64,000 bases of DNA from a virus (IMGVR_UViG_3300035501_000169:30455-94454), one strand, 5' to 3'. Positions 1-10,876 are shown, counted from the stretch's first letter. Numbers and translations are program-made. The notes: generated by a model not told the origin, from the letters alone.

Positions 1-43
1 TTAATGAAGTTAAAATAGATACAAGTAAACCTCTATTTAAAGA

Positions 44-1513
44 ATGAATATTACTAATATAAGTCAAGCAAATTGTAAAGACCCTGTTAGTATTTCAGGC
101 TTTACTGATGACCAAAGAAAGGCTTATACATCTTTGATTGAATTTATTAATCAACCTTATGATGTAAGTGATTATAAACGAGCCTTAATTGGTGCTGCTG
201 GAACTGGTAAGACTTATTTAGTTAAAGCATTAATTAAAAATTGTGGTATTAGCTATTCTACAATAGGTCTTGCCGCTCCTACTCACAAAGCGTGTCGTGT
301 ATTAGGTGAAAGTGTAGGAATACCTAATGTTAAAATTAATACTCTTCAATCAGATTTAGGTCTTAGACTTAATTTTGATGTAGATAAATTTGACATTGAT
401 AATCCTCCATTTGACCCTAAAGGTAGAATTAAAATTGGAGATTATAGGTTATATATTGTTGATGAATCTTCTATGATTAATCGTGGACTTGTAATGTTTC
501 TTGAGAAAACTTGTAAGTCTAATAGATGTAAGATTATTTATATTGGAGATTCTTCTCAATTAGCACCTGTAAATGAAAAATATAGTTCTGCTTTCCGTGG
601 TATTAAAACTTGTTTTCTTAAGCAAGTTGTAAGACAAGGTGATGATAATCCTGTGAGTTATCTTTTAGATTTATTGCGTTATGATATAGAACATAAGACT
701 TTTAATTTTCTTAGTTATATAAGTAATAATCGTAGTAGATTTAATGCAGATAACACAAAAGGTTATTGTGTTTGTACTCCTGTTGAATTTGAAAAAGCAG
801 TATATACTAACTTTAGTGATGAGGAATTGACTAGTAATATAGATTATGCTAAAGTTATAGCTTATACTAATAATTCTGTTTCTGCTTGGAATAAATTTAT
901 TAGAAATGCTATAATAAAAGATGCAGATAAATCTGTTATTACTAAAAATGATTTAATCATTAGTTATGTAACTATTGTTAATCAATTCAATGAATGTATC
1001 ATTAAAAATTCTGAAGAATATATACTAAAAGATGTTGTTAATTATACTCATCCTAAGTATAATCTTAAAGGATTTATGGTAAGATTTACAGCTATTCATG
1101 GTGGTAGTAATACAACTCCGTTGTTTATTATTGACCATAAAGATAGATTTACTATTAATATGTATGTAAAACTTTCTCGTGAAATGATACAATCTGCTAA
1201 AGCTGCTAGTCTTAAAATTCGTGCTCAACGTTGGAAAGATTATTTTACTTTTAAGGAGTCTTGTTTACTTCTTACTAATATAATGAATCCTACAACTGGT
1301 AAAATTGAGTTTAGTAGAGATTTAGATTATGGTTTTAGTCTAACTTCTCATAAGTCACAAGGTTCTACTTTTGATACTTCTTTAGTTGATGTAAATGATA
1401 TTGTATTTGATAAATATGGTAATCCTTATACTGATGCTGAAGAAATTAATCGTAGATTATATGTAGCTTGTAGTCGTTGTAAAAATAAATTATTTCTTAA
1501 ATACGGTAAATAA
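44..1513 (+). CDS. Dda/RecD-like SF1B DNA helicase
   Basis: Walker A GAAGTGKT, AAPTHKA, VDESSM (motif II), GDSSQLAPV, HKSQGSTF and LYVACSR. Confidence 0.9.
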   Translation: MNITNISQANCKDPVSISGFTDDQRKAYTSLIEFINQPYDVSDYKRALIGAAGTGKTYLVKALIKNCGISYSTIGLAAPTHKACRVLGESVGIPNVKINTLQSDLGLRLNFDVDKFDIDNPPFDPKGRIKIGDYRLYIVDESSMINRGLVMFLEKTCKSNRCKIIYIGDSSQLAPVNEKYSSAFRGIKTCFLKQVVRQGDDNPVSYLLDLLRYDIEHKTFNFLSYISNNRSRFNADNTKGYCVCTPVEFEKAVYTNFSDEELTSNIDYAKVIAYTNNSVSAWNKFIRNAIIKDADKSVITKNDLIISYVTIVNQFNECIIKNSEEYILKDVVNYTHPKYNLKGFMVRFTAIHGGSNTTPLFIIDHKDRFTINMYVKLSREMIQSAKAASLKIRAQRWKDYFTFKESCLLLTNIMNPTTGKIEFSRDLDYGFSLTSHKSQGSTFDTSLVDVNDIVFDKYGNPYTDAEEINRRLYVACSRCKNKLFLKYGK

Positions 1514-1531
1514 ATTAAAACAAATTATATT

Positions 1532-1702
1532 ATGAGTAATAAACCTAAAGACGTAAAACGTCTTACTGAATATTATAAAACTCCTGGTGAAAGAACACAT
1601 GAGGGTCTTGTTAAATCTGCTTTAGCTGTTGGTTCTAAACGTTATGGCTATAGCAAACATCAAGGTAGTAAGAAACATAGTACTCTAAAATATTTTAATT
1701 AA
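1532..1702 (+). CDS. small basic hypothetical protein (56 aa; below the ORF-track cutoff)
   Basis: ATG 1532 to TAA 1702, MSNKPKDVKR...TLKYFN; fills the gap between flanking genes after an A-rich leader. Confidence 0.6.
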   Translation: MSNKPKDVKRLTEYYKTPGERTHEGLVKSALAVGSKRYGYSKHQGSKKHSTLKYFN

Positions 1703-1708
1703 AGTGTT

Positions 1709-2002
1709 ATGGAACATCTTAGCGTATCATGTGAAACCGAGTATCAAGATACTCCTCAAATTGAAAATACTGAACTGAAAGAAAGTAAAGTTTGCAAATG
1801 TTGTGGTAAACTTCTTCCTCTGTCTATGTTTAATCGACAAAGTAGAGGTTATCGTAATACTTGTAAATCTTGTCTTTCTAAAGGTAATACTCGTAGTGAA
1901 AAGTTCAAAGATATAGATACTAATGAACTAATCGAAGAACTTAGACGTCGTGGTTACAGAGGTAAAATGCGTTATACAGTAGATTACGAAGTAACTATTT
2001 AA
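1709..2002 (+). CDS. small zinc-finger protein
   Basis: CKCCGKLLPLSMF...CKSC paired cysteines, then a short basic helix (ELRRRGY). Confidence 0.6.
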   Translation: MEHLSVSCETEYQDTPQIENTELKESKVCKCCGKLLPLSMFNRQSRGYRNTCKSCLSKGNTRSEKFKDIDTNELIEELRRRGYRGKMRYTVDYEVTI

Positions 2003-2003
2003 T

Positions 2004-2552
2004 ATGAGTGTATGTGACGATTGTCCTATACGTCTATTTAATACTAAGAACTATAATCTACAAGGGGTTGGCAATCCTTATTATGGTAGGTGTATTGTTG
2101 TTCCTAATGTAGATTATAGTGCTTATAAAAAAGGTAGTATGGGATTTAGTTCTCAAGTTGAGATTATACGCGAATTGCTTTCTTCTACGGGGGAGGGCGA
2201 TAATGTGTTTATTCTTCCGCTTGTTCGATGTAATGAAAGTATTTCATGTGAACTTGATAACACCAGTTATGCTAGATGTTTATCTCATTTTAAAAATGAT
2301 ATTGTAAAATATGATTTTAAAGATATATTACTTCTTGGTGATGCTGGTAGAAGATTTCTCAATTGCGATATTAGAAATAATCTCAATAACTGCATTATTT
2401 CTCCTGTTAGAAGAAGATATGTTGTTAATTATTCTCCATTAATTAAATATATTGATGAAGATAAATTTAAAACATTTGAATATTATCTTCTAAAATGGTT
2501 TAATGCTACTAGAGAACGAAATTATTCAGGTTATAATATAATAAGATTATGA
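2004..2552 (+). CDS. uracil-DNA glycosylase-like (family 4 fold) protein, possibly degenerate
   Basis: N-terminal CDDCP, later RC...C, ILLLG and YSP; lies directly upstream of PolB as in crAss-like phages; canonical catalytic GE motif not evident. Confidence 0.5.
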   Translation: MSVCDDCPIRLFNTKNYNLQGVGNPYYGRCIVVPNVDYSAYKKGSMGFSSQVEIIRELLSSTGEGDNVFILPLVRCNESISCELDNTSYARCLSHFKNDIVKYDFKDILLLGDAGRRFLNCDIRNNLNNCIISPVRRRYVVNYSPLIKYIDEDKFKTFEYYLLKWFNATRERNYSGYNIIRL

Positions 2553-4876
2553 TTAATTCTCTTGTTGTAGATACAGAAATATTTCCTAATCTTTTTAGTG
2601 TTACTTTTATTGACCTAAAAAGTTATTTGAAAATGTTTGCTGATTGTGTTGATGATAAAGGTAAACCTATACCATTAACTGAATGTCTACCTGTTTGTGA
2701 AATAAAATCTCGTCTTGATAATGTTAAATCTGAAGTGTTTTATATTAGTGATACTGATGATAGTCAATTACTTGAATTAGTATCACGTATAAATGGTATG
2801 CAAGCATATTATGAAACTAAAACTACAGATGATGGTAACGTAACTCAAGTTGCAGTTCGTACTGACTTGTTTGGCTTTAATAATCAAGGATATGATGATT
2901 TGATGATTAAAGCTTTTCTTATGATGTTTAATCGTTTTGATACTACAAAAGAATTGATAAAATATCTTTATGATACTAATAAGAAAATTATTAGTTTACA
3001 AGGAGATAGAGATTCTTTTTATAATGATAAACAACTAGAACTAATAAGAAATTATAGACTTCCTTATCAAACTGTTGATTTACAACAAGTATATGGTCTT
3101 CATTCTGCTGGTGTAAATGTTAACAAAGATACAGGTGAAAGAGTTAAATTTGGTAAATCTCTTAAACAAACTTCTATTAATCTTAAATGGCATGAACTTT
3201 TAGACTTTACTCTTCCTCCTATAGATAAAGAGGAATATGAAGCTTATTGGTCTAAACAAGAAAGATTAAGAGGTTTTAGTATTGATGAACTTAATAAACT
3301 TGTAACAACTGATTTTGATAGATATATTCTTCCTAAATATATAAAGCCTATGCTTTATTATAATAAGAATGATGTATTTCTATGTTGTGAAATGGTTCGT
3401 CAAAAACCTGATGAGGTTAAACTAAGATATAGTATTTCAGCTGCTTTTGGAGTTAATGTTCTTTGCAGTGCTAGAGCAAATATTGCTGATAAACTTACAG
3501 TTAAGTTTTATTCTGATATGAGTGGTCTTAAACGTGACCAATTTATAAAAGGTAGAACTGTTAGAACTAGATTAAGTTTTAATAAGATTATCTTTCCTCA
3601 TATTAAATTTAAGACTAAACAACTTCAAGATTTTCTTGAAGATATTAAAAAAGTAAGTATATATAGAACAAGTAAAGACGAATTTGAACGTGAAATAGAT
3701 TTCTATGGTACTAAATATACCTTAGCAACAGGTGGTATTCATAGTCAAGACCCTCCTAGAATTTGTATATCTAATGATGAATATGTATATCTTCATCATG
3801 ACTATACTAGTTATTATCCTAGTATAATGATTAGTTATGGTATTTATCCGCAGCATCTTAATAAAACTGCTTTTGTTAAAATGGTTAGTTTTTTAAAAGA
3901 TACGCGTGTTAAATGTAAACATACAAAAGATAGTGAAGGTTATGTTATGAAAGGAGTTCCTAATAAAATAGGAGCTGAAGCTCTTAAAATTGTAATTAAT
4001 TCTATTTATGGTAAACTTGGTAGTGAATTGTTCTTTCTTTATGATAGATTTGCTCAAATGCAAGTTACTATTAATGGTCAATTAATGACAATGACTCTAA
4101 TAGAAGAACTCGAATTAAATGGTATTCATGTGATTAGTGCAAATACTGATGGTATTGTAATTAAACTTCCTCGTAACAAATTTGATGTTTATAAGGATAT
4201 TACAGACCGTTGGAATGAAACTAATAAAATGGGTGCTGATTATGAAGAGTATGATAGAATCATTAGTAGAGATGTGAATAATTATTTTGATATACAAACT
4301 AATGGTGATATAGAATATAAAGGTGCTCTTGACCCTAAACAATATATCAAAGACCTTAAGAAAGGTTATGATATGCCTATTGTAGCTAAAGCTGTATTTG
4401 AGTTTTTTGTGCATAATACTCCAATTATGGATACTTTGCATAAACATACAGATATTCTTGATTTCTGTAAAACTCAAAATGTAGGTAAACAATTTGATGT
4501 TGTTTATAATGTTATAGAAGATAGTAATATTAAAACTATAACTAGTCAAAGACACGTTAGATTTTATGTTTCTCATAAAGGTGTTATTATTCAGAAAAGA
4601 CAGAAAACTACTGGTAAATGTAGTAAACTTGCCGGTGGTAAAGCTGTAACTATTCTTAACTCTCTTGATGATGCTCCTATCGAAGAAAGAAATATTAATT
4701 ATGGTTATTATTATGATGAGTGTTATAAGATTATAAATCCTATTATGCATGGTATTTCTCCTAATCAAAAAGGAGATAGACAACGTGGTACTTTAAGTGG
4801 AAAAGTTCTACTTAAAAAATTAGGTCAACAATATAACTCTCTTTTTGATGATGACGACTTTAACAATAAACAATGA
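2549..4876 (+). CDS. family B DNA polymerase with N-terminal 3'-5' exonuclease
   Basis: Exo DTE, GFNNQGYD and YNKND; polymerase DYTSYYPS, KIVINSIYG and ANTDG. Confidence 0.93.
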   Translation: MINSLVVDTEIFPNLFSVTFIDLKSYLKMFADCVDDKGKPIPLTECLPVCEIKSRLDNVKSEVFYISDTDDSQLLELVSRINGMQAYYETKTTDDGNVTQVAVRTDLFGFNNQGYDDLMIKAFLMMFNRFDTTKELIKYLYDTNKKIISLQGDRDSFYNDKQLELIRNYRLPYQTVDLQQVYGLHSAGVNVNKDTGERVKFGKSLKQTSINLKWHELLDFTLPPIDKEEYEAYWSKQERLRGFSIDELNKLVTTDFDRYILPKYIKPMLYYNKNDVFLCCEMVRQKPDEVKLRYSISAAFGVNVLCSARANIADKLTVKFYSDMSGLKRDQFIKGRTVRTRLSFNKIIFPHIKFKTKQLQDFLEDIKKVSIYRTSKDEFEREIDFYGTKYTLATGGIHSQDPPRICISNDEYVYLHHDYTSYYPSIMISYGIYPQHLNKTAFVKMVSFLKDTRVKCKHTKDSEGYVMKGVPNKIGAEALKIVINSIYGKLGSELFFLYDRFAQMQVTINGQLMTMTLIEELELNGIHVISANTDGIVIKLPRNKFDVYKDITDRWNETNKMGADYEEYDRIISRDVNNYFDIQTNGDIEYKGALDPKQYIKDLKKGYDMPIVAKAVFEFFVHNTPIMDTLHKHTDILDFCKTQNVGKQFDVVYNVIEDSNIKTITSQRHVRFYVSHKGVIIQKRQKTTGKCSKLAGGKAVTILNSLDDAPIEERNINYGYYYDECYKIINPIMHGISPNQKGDRQRGTLSGKVLLKKLGQQYNSLFDDDDFNNKQ

Positions 4877-6288
4877 TTGATGCTGGTGAATTATTTATAA
4901 ATGCTATTGAACATTGGAGAGATGCAAAAGGAAATGGAACTGCTATAATTCCTCCTCCTCTCAATGATAAATTAATGGTATTAGGAGTTCTTCAGCGAGT
5001 TTATTCTCGTTCTCCTACTTGTAAGACTGTTATTATAACTGAAAACTTTGGTGAAAGACAGTCTATAATTGAGTTCTTAACTCAACAAGAAAGTTCAGAA
5101 GAAAATAATCAAGAATTTAAGAAACTTCTTGATGATGGGAATATTAAAGTTTTTACTTCTGATTATGTAAAAAGAAGTAATAATTGGAATATTCCTTTCT
5201 TGTGTATTGTGTATCATCCTGAAAGTATTTGTGAGAAGTGGTTTGATTATGTTCAATTATGTAAGTTTAAACTTGTTGTATTAAATAAGTTACTTTCTAA
5301 TATTGAAGATATGACTACTTTATATAAGTCTATTCCGCTTCTTCCAGATTTTAAACAGAATGAAGTTGAACAAGTTCGTTTGAGCACCCCCGTAGAAGAG
5401 TGTTGGATTCCTGTTGAAATACCTCAAGATAGTGAAGATAGAAAACTATTAGATTATTATAGTGAATATATCGCTACTAGTCTTACTATCTTTGGTAGTT
5501 TTGATGTTATGCAACAAGCTAATATTGGAAATGCTCAACTTAACATTTCTTCTAATCAGATATGTAACGAAATTGCACAAGAAAACGGTTGGAACGAACA
5601 TCTTGATATGAGTATTGAGTTTAATGTTGAAATAGACAAACTTTATAATCCTATGAATCTCAAAGAAAGAGCTTCAAAAACATATGAGATTATTAGAAAT
5701 AGAAGTCAACTTCTATCTGATTATAAAGGAAAACTTGATGCTATACTTAAGATTGTTCAAGATAACGCTGATAAGAAGATTCTTATCATTAATAAGCGTG
5801 CTGATTTTGCAAGTGAAGTTACTGCTTTTATCAATAATTTATCTGAACGTATAATTTGTTTTAACTATCATGATAAAGTTGAAAGTATTCCTGCTGTAGA
5901 TGTTAATGGAACTCCTATTACATATAAAAGTGGTAGTAAAAAAGGTCAGCGTAAAATGATGGGTGCTAAAGCACAAAAAACTTATGCTGTTCAGATGTTT
6001 AATCTCGATAAGATTAATGTTCTTTCTACAAATAACACTCCTGATAAAGATTTGAGTATTGATGTAGATGTTGTTATCATTACTTCTCCTCAATGTGAAA
6101 CAATATCTTCTTATATGTATCGTTTATCTGACGTTTATTTTAGGCAAAATAAGATAGAATTGTTTTCAATTTATTGTAAGAACACAACAGAACAAAAATT
6201 ATTGGAGAATAAACAGCTTGCAAATAATCATAATGTTAAAAATAGTTCTGATGATGAAAATAATTTGGACTTTGTTATTATGGACTAA
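4873..6288 (+). CDS. SF2/SNF2-like helicase-derived protein, apparently catalytically inactive
   Basis: Overall SF2 layout (GKLDAILKIV...KKILII, FN...INVL) and position after PolB; no GKT Walker A or DExH. Confidence 0.55.
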   Translation: MIDAGELFINAIEHWRDAKGNGTAIIPPPLNDKLMVLGVLQRVYSRSPTCKTVIITENFGERQSIIEFLTQQESSEENNQEFKKLLDDGNIKVFTSDYVKRSNNWNIPFLCIVYHPESICEKWFDYVQLCKFKLVVLNKLLSNIEDMTTLYKSIPLLPDFKQNEVEQVRLSTPVEECWIPVEIPQDSEDRKLLDYYSEYIATSLTIFGSFDVMQQANIGNAQLNISSNQICNEIAQENGWNEHLDMSIEFNVEIDKLYNPMNLKERASKTYEIIRNRSQLLSDYKGKLDAILKIVQDNADKKILIINKRADFASEVTAFINNLSERIICFNYHDKVESIPAVDVNGTPITYKSGSKKGQRKMMGAKAQKTYAVQMFNLDKINVLSTNNTPDKDLSIDVDVVIITSPQCETISSYMYRLSDVYFRQNKIELFSIYCKNTTEQKLLENKQLANNHNVKNSSDDENNLDFVIMD

Positions 6289-6340
6289 AAAACATTTTGT
6301 ATATTTGTAGTGTTAAATCAAAACAGAGTTCTTTGAAATA

Positions 6341-7270
6341 ATGGACAAGCAAACAGAACCAAAAGACGGTGGTAGTAGTCGAACATTGACTACTAGTCAT
6401 AATGATTCTTCTACTGGTTTACGTGTTCTAAATCTTCTTGATGAAAAACAACTTGCAAGTGCAGAAGTATTTTTAAAGAAGTTTATGACAAGTGAAAAAG
6501 GTGGTATTAAAAGTGTGGCTGATGGCTTAGCTATTCTTACTCGCGCTCAAGATTTGCAACTTCCTTTTTCTACTTGTATTGAACATATCCATGTTATAAA
6601 TGGTAAAACTGGTGTTGATATTCATATCGTTAAGTCGTTATTATCAAGGGCAGGAGTAGTTTGGGAATGCACTAAAGATTATACTCCTCAGTATCAATAT
6701 ACTGATGGTAATACGATTTATCTTGAAACACAACTTCCTGATTATTGTGTTAAATGTCGTACCGCCAAAGAAGCTACCGAAGCTACAACTGATGATGTTA
6801 TTGGTGTTTATCCAGTTCGTTGGTATAAAGACCTTAAAGGTAACATCTATAACGAACAACAGATTAGCGATAAGTGTGTTAAAGCTATTAACACTCAACA
6901 AGCTTTAGCCTTTATTAAAGAAGGTAAATATCCTGTTATTCGTATTCCTGCTCAACCTGTAGATTATGTTACTGAATATAAGTTTACTCGTTATAAAATG
7001 ATAAATGGCAAAGAAGTTATTACAACTGCTACTAGTCATTTTTCTTATTCAGAAGCGCAATCTGCTGGTTTCTTTGAAAAAGATACTTATAAGAAATATC
7101 CTCGTGTTCTTATAGGTCATCGTGCTTTTACTCTCGGTGCTCGTGATATAGCCTCTGATGTAATCATGGGTTGTTATGAGATTACTGAACTTAAACTCGT
7201 TAACAATATGGATATTGTTGATAGCGATGTAATTCAAGAAACTTCTTATGAAGAAGTGATTGAACCTTAA
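6341..7270 (+). CDS. RecT/Sak-like single-strand annealing protein
   Basis: IHVINGK, FSYSEAQSAG and YKKYPRVLIGHRA resemble phage annealase motifs. Confidence 0.6.
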   Translation: MDKQTEPKDGGSSRTLTTSHNDSSTGLRVLNLLDEKQLASAEVFLKKFMTSEKGGIKSVADGLAILTRAQDLQLPFSTCIEHIHVINGKTGVDIHIVKSLLSRAGVVWECTKDYTPQYQYTDGNTIYLETQLPDYCVKCRTAKEATEATTDDVIGVYPVRWYKDLKGNIYNEQQISDKCVKAINTQQALAFIKEGKYPVIRIPAQPVDYVTEYKFTRYKMINGKEVITTATSHFSYSEAQSAGFFEKDTYKKYPRVLIGHRAFTLGARDIASDVIMGCYEITELKLVNNMDIVDSDVIQETSYEEVIEP

Positions 7271-7354
7271 TATCCAAATCAAATTAAAAATAGTGACACT
7301 CACTATAATATTTCAAATCAATTTAATTATTAACATTTTAAAAGTTTTAAAGTT

Positions 7355-8152
7355 ATGAAACTTGGTAACAAACTTTCATTCGGTGTTACAGCTGTACAAG
7401 CTGGTCAAAAGTCTTCAACAGTTAATGCTGCTCCTCAGCTCATTGCTAATTCTACACAAGGTAAATTTGTAGTTACTTCTCCTGTATCTAAAGCTTTGAA
7501 CATTGCAGTAGGTGAGAACATTATGTTCCTTAACAATATTGCAGGTGTTGAGATGGCTATTCAGAATCGTGTTGCTGACGTAGTTACTTATGCAGAAGAA
7601 AATGGTATCGACCTTACTACTCGTGAAGGTGAAGATGCAGTTCTTGCTGCTTTGACTCAATGGTTTATCGCTAAAGGTGTTCCTCAATACACTTCTAAAG
7701 GTACTCCTGTTTATGCTACAGAACGCTTCACTAAAGAAGATAAAGCTAAATATCTTGCTGAACACGCTGCTGAAATCGTAGCTGCTAACCGTGATGCTCT
7801 TGTTGAACGATTTGGTTCTTTGTCTGATGAAGAACTTGCTGCTCAACTTACCATTGATATGGTAGAATCTCCTAAATATCACGCTTGCAGCGGTTCTAAG
7901 ACTGCTACTACAGCTTCTGCTACTGGTGTAGGTTGTCAACTTAACTTTACTGATTCTGCTATCTGGGGTGCTCTTAAAGCTGACCTTGGTGAAGAAGCTA
8001 CTAAGAAGAACCGCATCTTTGATGTACTTCTTGCTGATGCTCAAGAAGTAGAATATAACAATGGTAAGGAGAATGTTACAATTACTATTCTTCCTATCGA
8101 ATTTGTTAAAGACGAAGACCCTATTATTCGTGGCAAGAAAGACGCTGAGTAA
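7355..8152 (+). CDS. conserved crAss-like hypothetical protein, probably highly expressed
   Basis: 265-aa ORF with strong codon bias, followed by a hairpin. Confidence 0.7.
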   Translation: MKLGNKLSFGVTAVQAGQKSSTVNAAPQLIANSTQGKFVVTSPVSKALNIAVGENIMFLNNIAGVEMAIQNRVADVVTYAEENGIDLTTREGEDAVLAALTQWFIAKGVPQYTSKGTPVYATERFTKEDKAKYLAEHAAEIVAANRDALVERFGSLSDEELAAQLTIDMVESPKYHACSGSKTATTASATGVGCQLNFTDSAIWGALKADLGEEATKKNRIFDVLLADAQEVEYNNGKENVTITILPIEFVKDEDPIIRGKKDAE

Positions 8153-8180
8153 TTATAGCTTGTCCATCAATTAAACGTCG

Positions 8181-8223
8181 TAGTGGCGGATAGTCCATAG
8201 CGATTATCCGCCACTATTATTTT
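8181..8223 (+). terminator. stem-loop / putative intrinsic terminator
   Basis: tagtggcggatagtc-catagc-gattatccgccacta followed by ttatttt. Confidence 0.7.
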
Positions 8224-8256
8224 AATATTCATGTTAAATAAAAACTTAATTAAGTT

Positions 8257-9177
8257 ATGTCAAACGAAAATGTAAATCCTACAGCGGGTAGTGCACAAAC
8301 TGCTGTAAAGAAAACCCGCCGTGGTGTTAGTAATCAAACTAAAGCTGTATCTCAACTTAAATTTCATGAGAAAGATGCAGCACAAAATGGTTTGTTTGTA
8401 GGTCATCTTGACAGTGTTTCTGTTGATTGGTCTGTTAATGCAGAAGGTAAGCAATTTACAGGTATGAAAGTTCCTCGTCTTACTTTGCATTTTGCAAGTA
8501 ATCATACAGTTGCTACTGAACAACGTCACGTTTATCAAACTCTTAACCCTGTGGAAAGTAATGTTAATACTATTCCTGGTGGTACTGAGGAATGGAAAGT
8601 TAATAATGTGTTTAATTGGATTAAGCATATTCTTGACATCTTCTATCTTAAAGGTCGCGAAATGACTGCTGAAGAAGAAGATGCTCTTTCTCTTCCTTTT
8701 GCTGATTTTGACGATGATAACAACTATGTTGCTGTAGATGTAGAAGATGTTGTAGCAGGTTACGCTCATATCTTTGAAAATGCAGCTGCTATGCTTAATG
8801 GTTCTTATGGTCTTGCAGAAGGCGAAGTAGCTAAACCTACTTATAAGAACGCTGATGGTAAGTTTATTCCTTGTTGGATTAAACTTCTTCGTCATAAGAA
8901 AGTAAAGAATGAGTGGCGTAATGTTAATAATAATGGCGATTTGGGTTTTGATAGCTTTATTGGCAATGGAGTGGTTGAACTTATTAAAGGTAATAATCCT
9001 CCTACTGTTCTTCGTATTGATTTTGCTAAAGAATCTATCACACCGAAAGAAACTAAGAAAACTCCTACTATTGGTGCTCCTGGTATGGGCGGTGTAATGC
9101 CTAGTGCTCCTATGGATATGGGTCTTGGAAATGGTAATGCAGCTTTTGCTGATGCCGCTGGTGAGATGCCATTTTAA
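8257..9177 (+). CDS. putative single-stranded DNA-binding protein
   Basis: Gly/Pro-rich tail ending EMPF, like the SSB C-terminal DIPF tail; replication context. Confidence 0.55.
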   Translation: MSNENVNPTAGSAQTAVKKTRRGVSNQTKAVSQLKFHEKDAAQNGLFVGHLDSVSVDWSVNAEGKQFTGMKVPRLTLHFASNHTVATEQRHVYQTLNPVESNVNTIPGGTEEWKVNNVFNWIKHILDIFYLKGREMTAEEEDALSLPFADFDDDNNYVAVDVEDVVAGYAHIFENAAAMLNGSYGLAEGEVAKPTYKNADGKFIPCWIKLLRHKKVKNEWRNVNNNGDLGFDSFIGNGVVELIKGNNPPTVLRIDFAKESITPKETKKTPTIGAPGMGGVMPSAPMDMGLGNGNAAFADAAGEMPF

Positions 9178-9216
9178 GTAGGACTTTAACTTTTTCTTAA
9201 AACGGTTTACATTCAT

Positions 9217-9257
9217 AGAGGTGGTGGTGTCAGAAATGATGCTACTACCTCTTTTTT
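9217..9257 (+). terminator. intrinsic terminator
   Basis: agaggtggtggtgtca-GAAA-tgatgctactacctct plus T-run. Confidence 0.85.
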
Positions 9258-9267
9258 ACTTTGGCTG

Positions 9268-10485
9268 ATGATACGAAACATAAATACTACTAATCTTACT
9301 AAGAATTATATTGAAAGTAAAATCTCTCAAGAACTAATTGTTAGTAAATATTTAGATATTCCATTAGATGTTGTTAAAGATTGTATAGAACATAATAATC
9401 TTATTCAATCTGTCTTTCGAGATAACGATACTAATGGAAGTATGGGTATTCAATATAATCAAAGAGGTCGACTTAAAGTTCGCGATTTTGGTGGCTTTGG
9501 CTTTTTTGGTGATATTTATGATGTAGTATCTTATGTTCTTTCTATCGCTTATGGTCGCAAGATTGAACCTAATAGCAAGCAAGACTTTTATTTTATATTA
9601 AAGCATATAGCAAATACTTTTAAAGATTTAATAGAAAATAAAGAAGTAGATGAAAATGTTACAGATATGATAAAAGGTGCTATTGCTGTAGGTAAACAAA
9701 GACGCCCTATTATTGAAATTGTTCCTCGTAGTTGGAATAAAAAAGATAAAGAGTATTGGAATAGTCTCGGTGTTAGTCTTGGTTATCTTAATACTCACTT
9801 TGTAATTCCAGTTGAGCAATATTATGTTGATAGAGGTGTTCATAGTGACCCTAAATACTATTATAAGGAAAAAGACCCTTGTTATGCTTATATGCTTGGT
9901 CAAAATCTTAAAGGAATATCTTTTATTAAGCTTTATTTTCCTAAAAGAAATCGTGCTACAGAACTTAAGTTTATAACTAATTGTAATGTTCTTGAAGGTT
10001 TACTTAATCTTGAACTTAATAATTATGATTATATACTTATTACTAAAAGTAGTAAAGATAGATTGAGCATAGGTAGTCATCTAAGTTCACAACCTTTCTA
10101 CGGGGGAGGGCAATCCCAACTTAAAATTGGGGTAGTTAATCTTCCTAGTGAAAATTATAAACTCAAGGAAAAAGAATATAATTGGCTTAGTAATAAACTT
10201 GCAGCTAATGGTAAGATACTTAGTTTGCTTGACTTTGATTATACTGGTAGATTAGGTGCTAAGTATCTATATGATACTTATGACATTCCTTATCTATTTA
10301 TTACTCGTGGAGAATTAGGTCTTCCTAATTATGGTTGTAAGGACTTTGCTGAACTACATAATAAATATACTGTAAAAGAAATAAACCAATTTATCAAAGA
10401 AACCATTGATTATGTTGAAATTAGATTCCGAAAAGATGTTCCAGATACCTTTGCCGATTACTCCGGATTACCATATTTTGACTAA
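9268..10485 (+). CDS. DnaG-like (TOPRIM) DNA primase
   Basis: SVFR...DFGG N-terminal region; ILITKSSKD, LDFDYTG and KDFAE TOPRIM-type motifs of crAss-like primases. Confidence 0.75.
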   Translation: MIRNINTTNLTKNYIESKISQELIVSKYLDIPLDVVKDCIEHNNLIQSVFRDNDTNGSMGIQYNQRGRLKVRDFGGFGFFGDIYDVVSYVLSIAYGRKIEPNSKQDFYFILKHIANTFKDLIENKEVDENVTDMIKGAIAVGKQRRPIIEIVPRSWNKKDKEYWNSLGVSLGYLNTHFVIPVEQYYVDRGVHSDPKYYYKEKDPCYAYMLGQNLKGISFIKLYFPKRNRATELKFITNCNVLEGLLNLELNNYDYILITKSSKDRLSIGSHLSSQPFYGGGQSQLKIGVVNLPSENYKLKEKEYNWLSNKLAANGKILSLLDFDYTGRLGAKYLYDTYDIPYLFITRGELGLPNYGCKDFAELHNKYTVKEINQFIKETIDYVEIRFRKDVPDTFADYSGLPYFD

Positions 10486-10876
10486 TATCAGAACAAATGC
10501 TGCTATTAGACAAATAATTATGACGTATATTACGGAAGAAGAAGAGGCTGCTATAGATAGAGGAGAAGTTGTTACGTTAAATCGTGGTAACCATACTTAT
10601 TCTATTAGGCAGAATTGTATTTATTGTTATGGAGAAGTTGATTTTAAATCCGATAAAGATTTAGGTCAAATTAATAACTTTAATTTTCTTAATCATTTAG
10701 GATTTAGTGGTGTTCATATTTATTCTAATTATGATTACGATAAACATATTTGTTATTCTCCTAAACGTTATTTACTTTGGACTGAAACATGGAGTCCAGC
10801 TCAACTTGCTAAAATGGCTCACGGTTATCTTGGAAAACCTAAGCGTATTGTACTTTTTAATTTTACTATAAGATGA
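10406..10876 (+). CDS. hypothetical protein
   Basis: ORF coupled to the primase and ligase genes; true start may be MFQIP. Confidence 0.6.
   Translation: MIMLKLDSEKMFQIPLPITPDYHILTNIRTNAAIRQIIMTYITEEEEAAIDRGEVVTLNRGNHTYSIRQNCIYCYGEVDFKSDKDLGQINNFNFLNHLGFSGVHIYSNYDYDKHICYSPKRYLLWTETWSPAQLAKMAHGYLGKPKRIVLFNFTIR

Noticed and set aside
2057-2070. tctacaaggggttg as a motif copy
   Set aside because: Several differences, including loss of the CG and the AG end.
4115-9216. Long antisense ORFs (4115-4783, 7415-8044, 8260-9216) and similar + strand ORFs inside the giant genes
   Set aside because: Shadow frames of strongly biased real genes; S/F/I-rich with no motifs.
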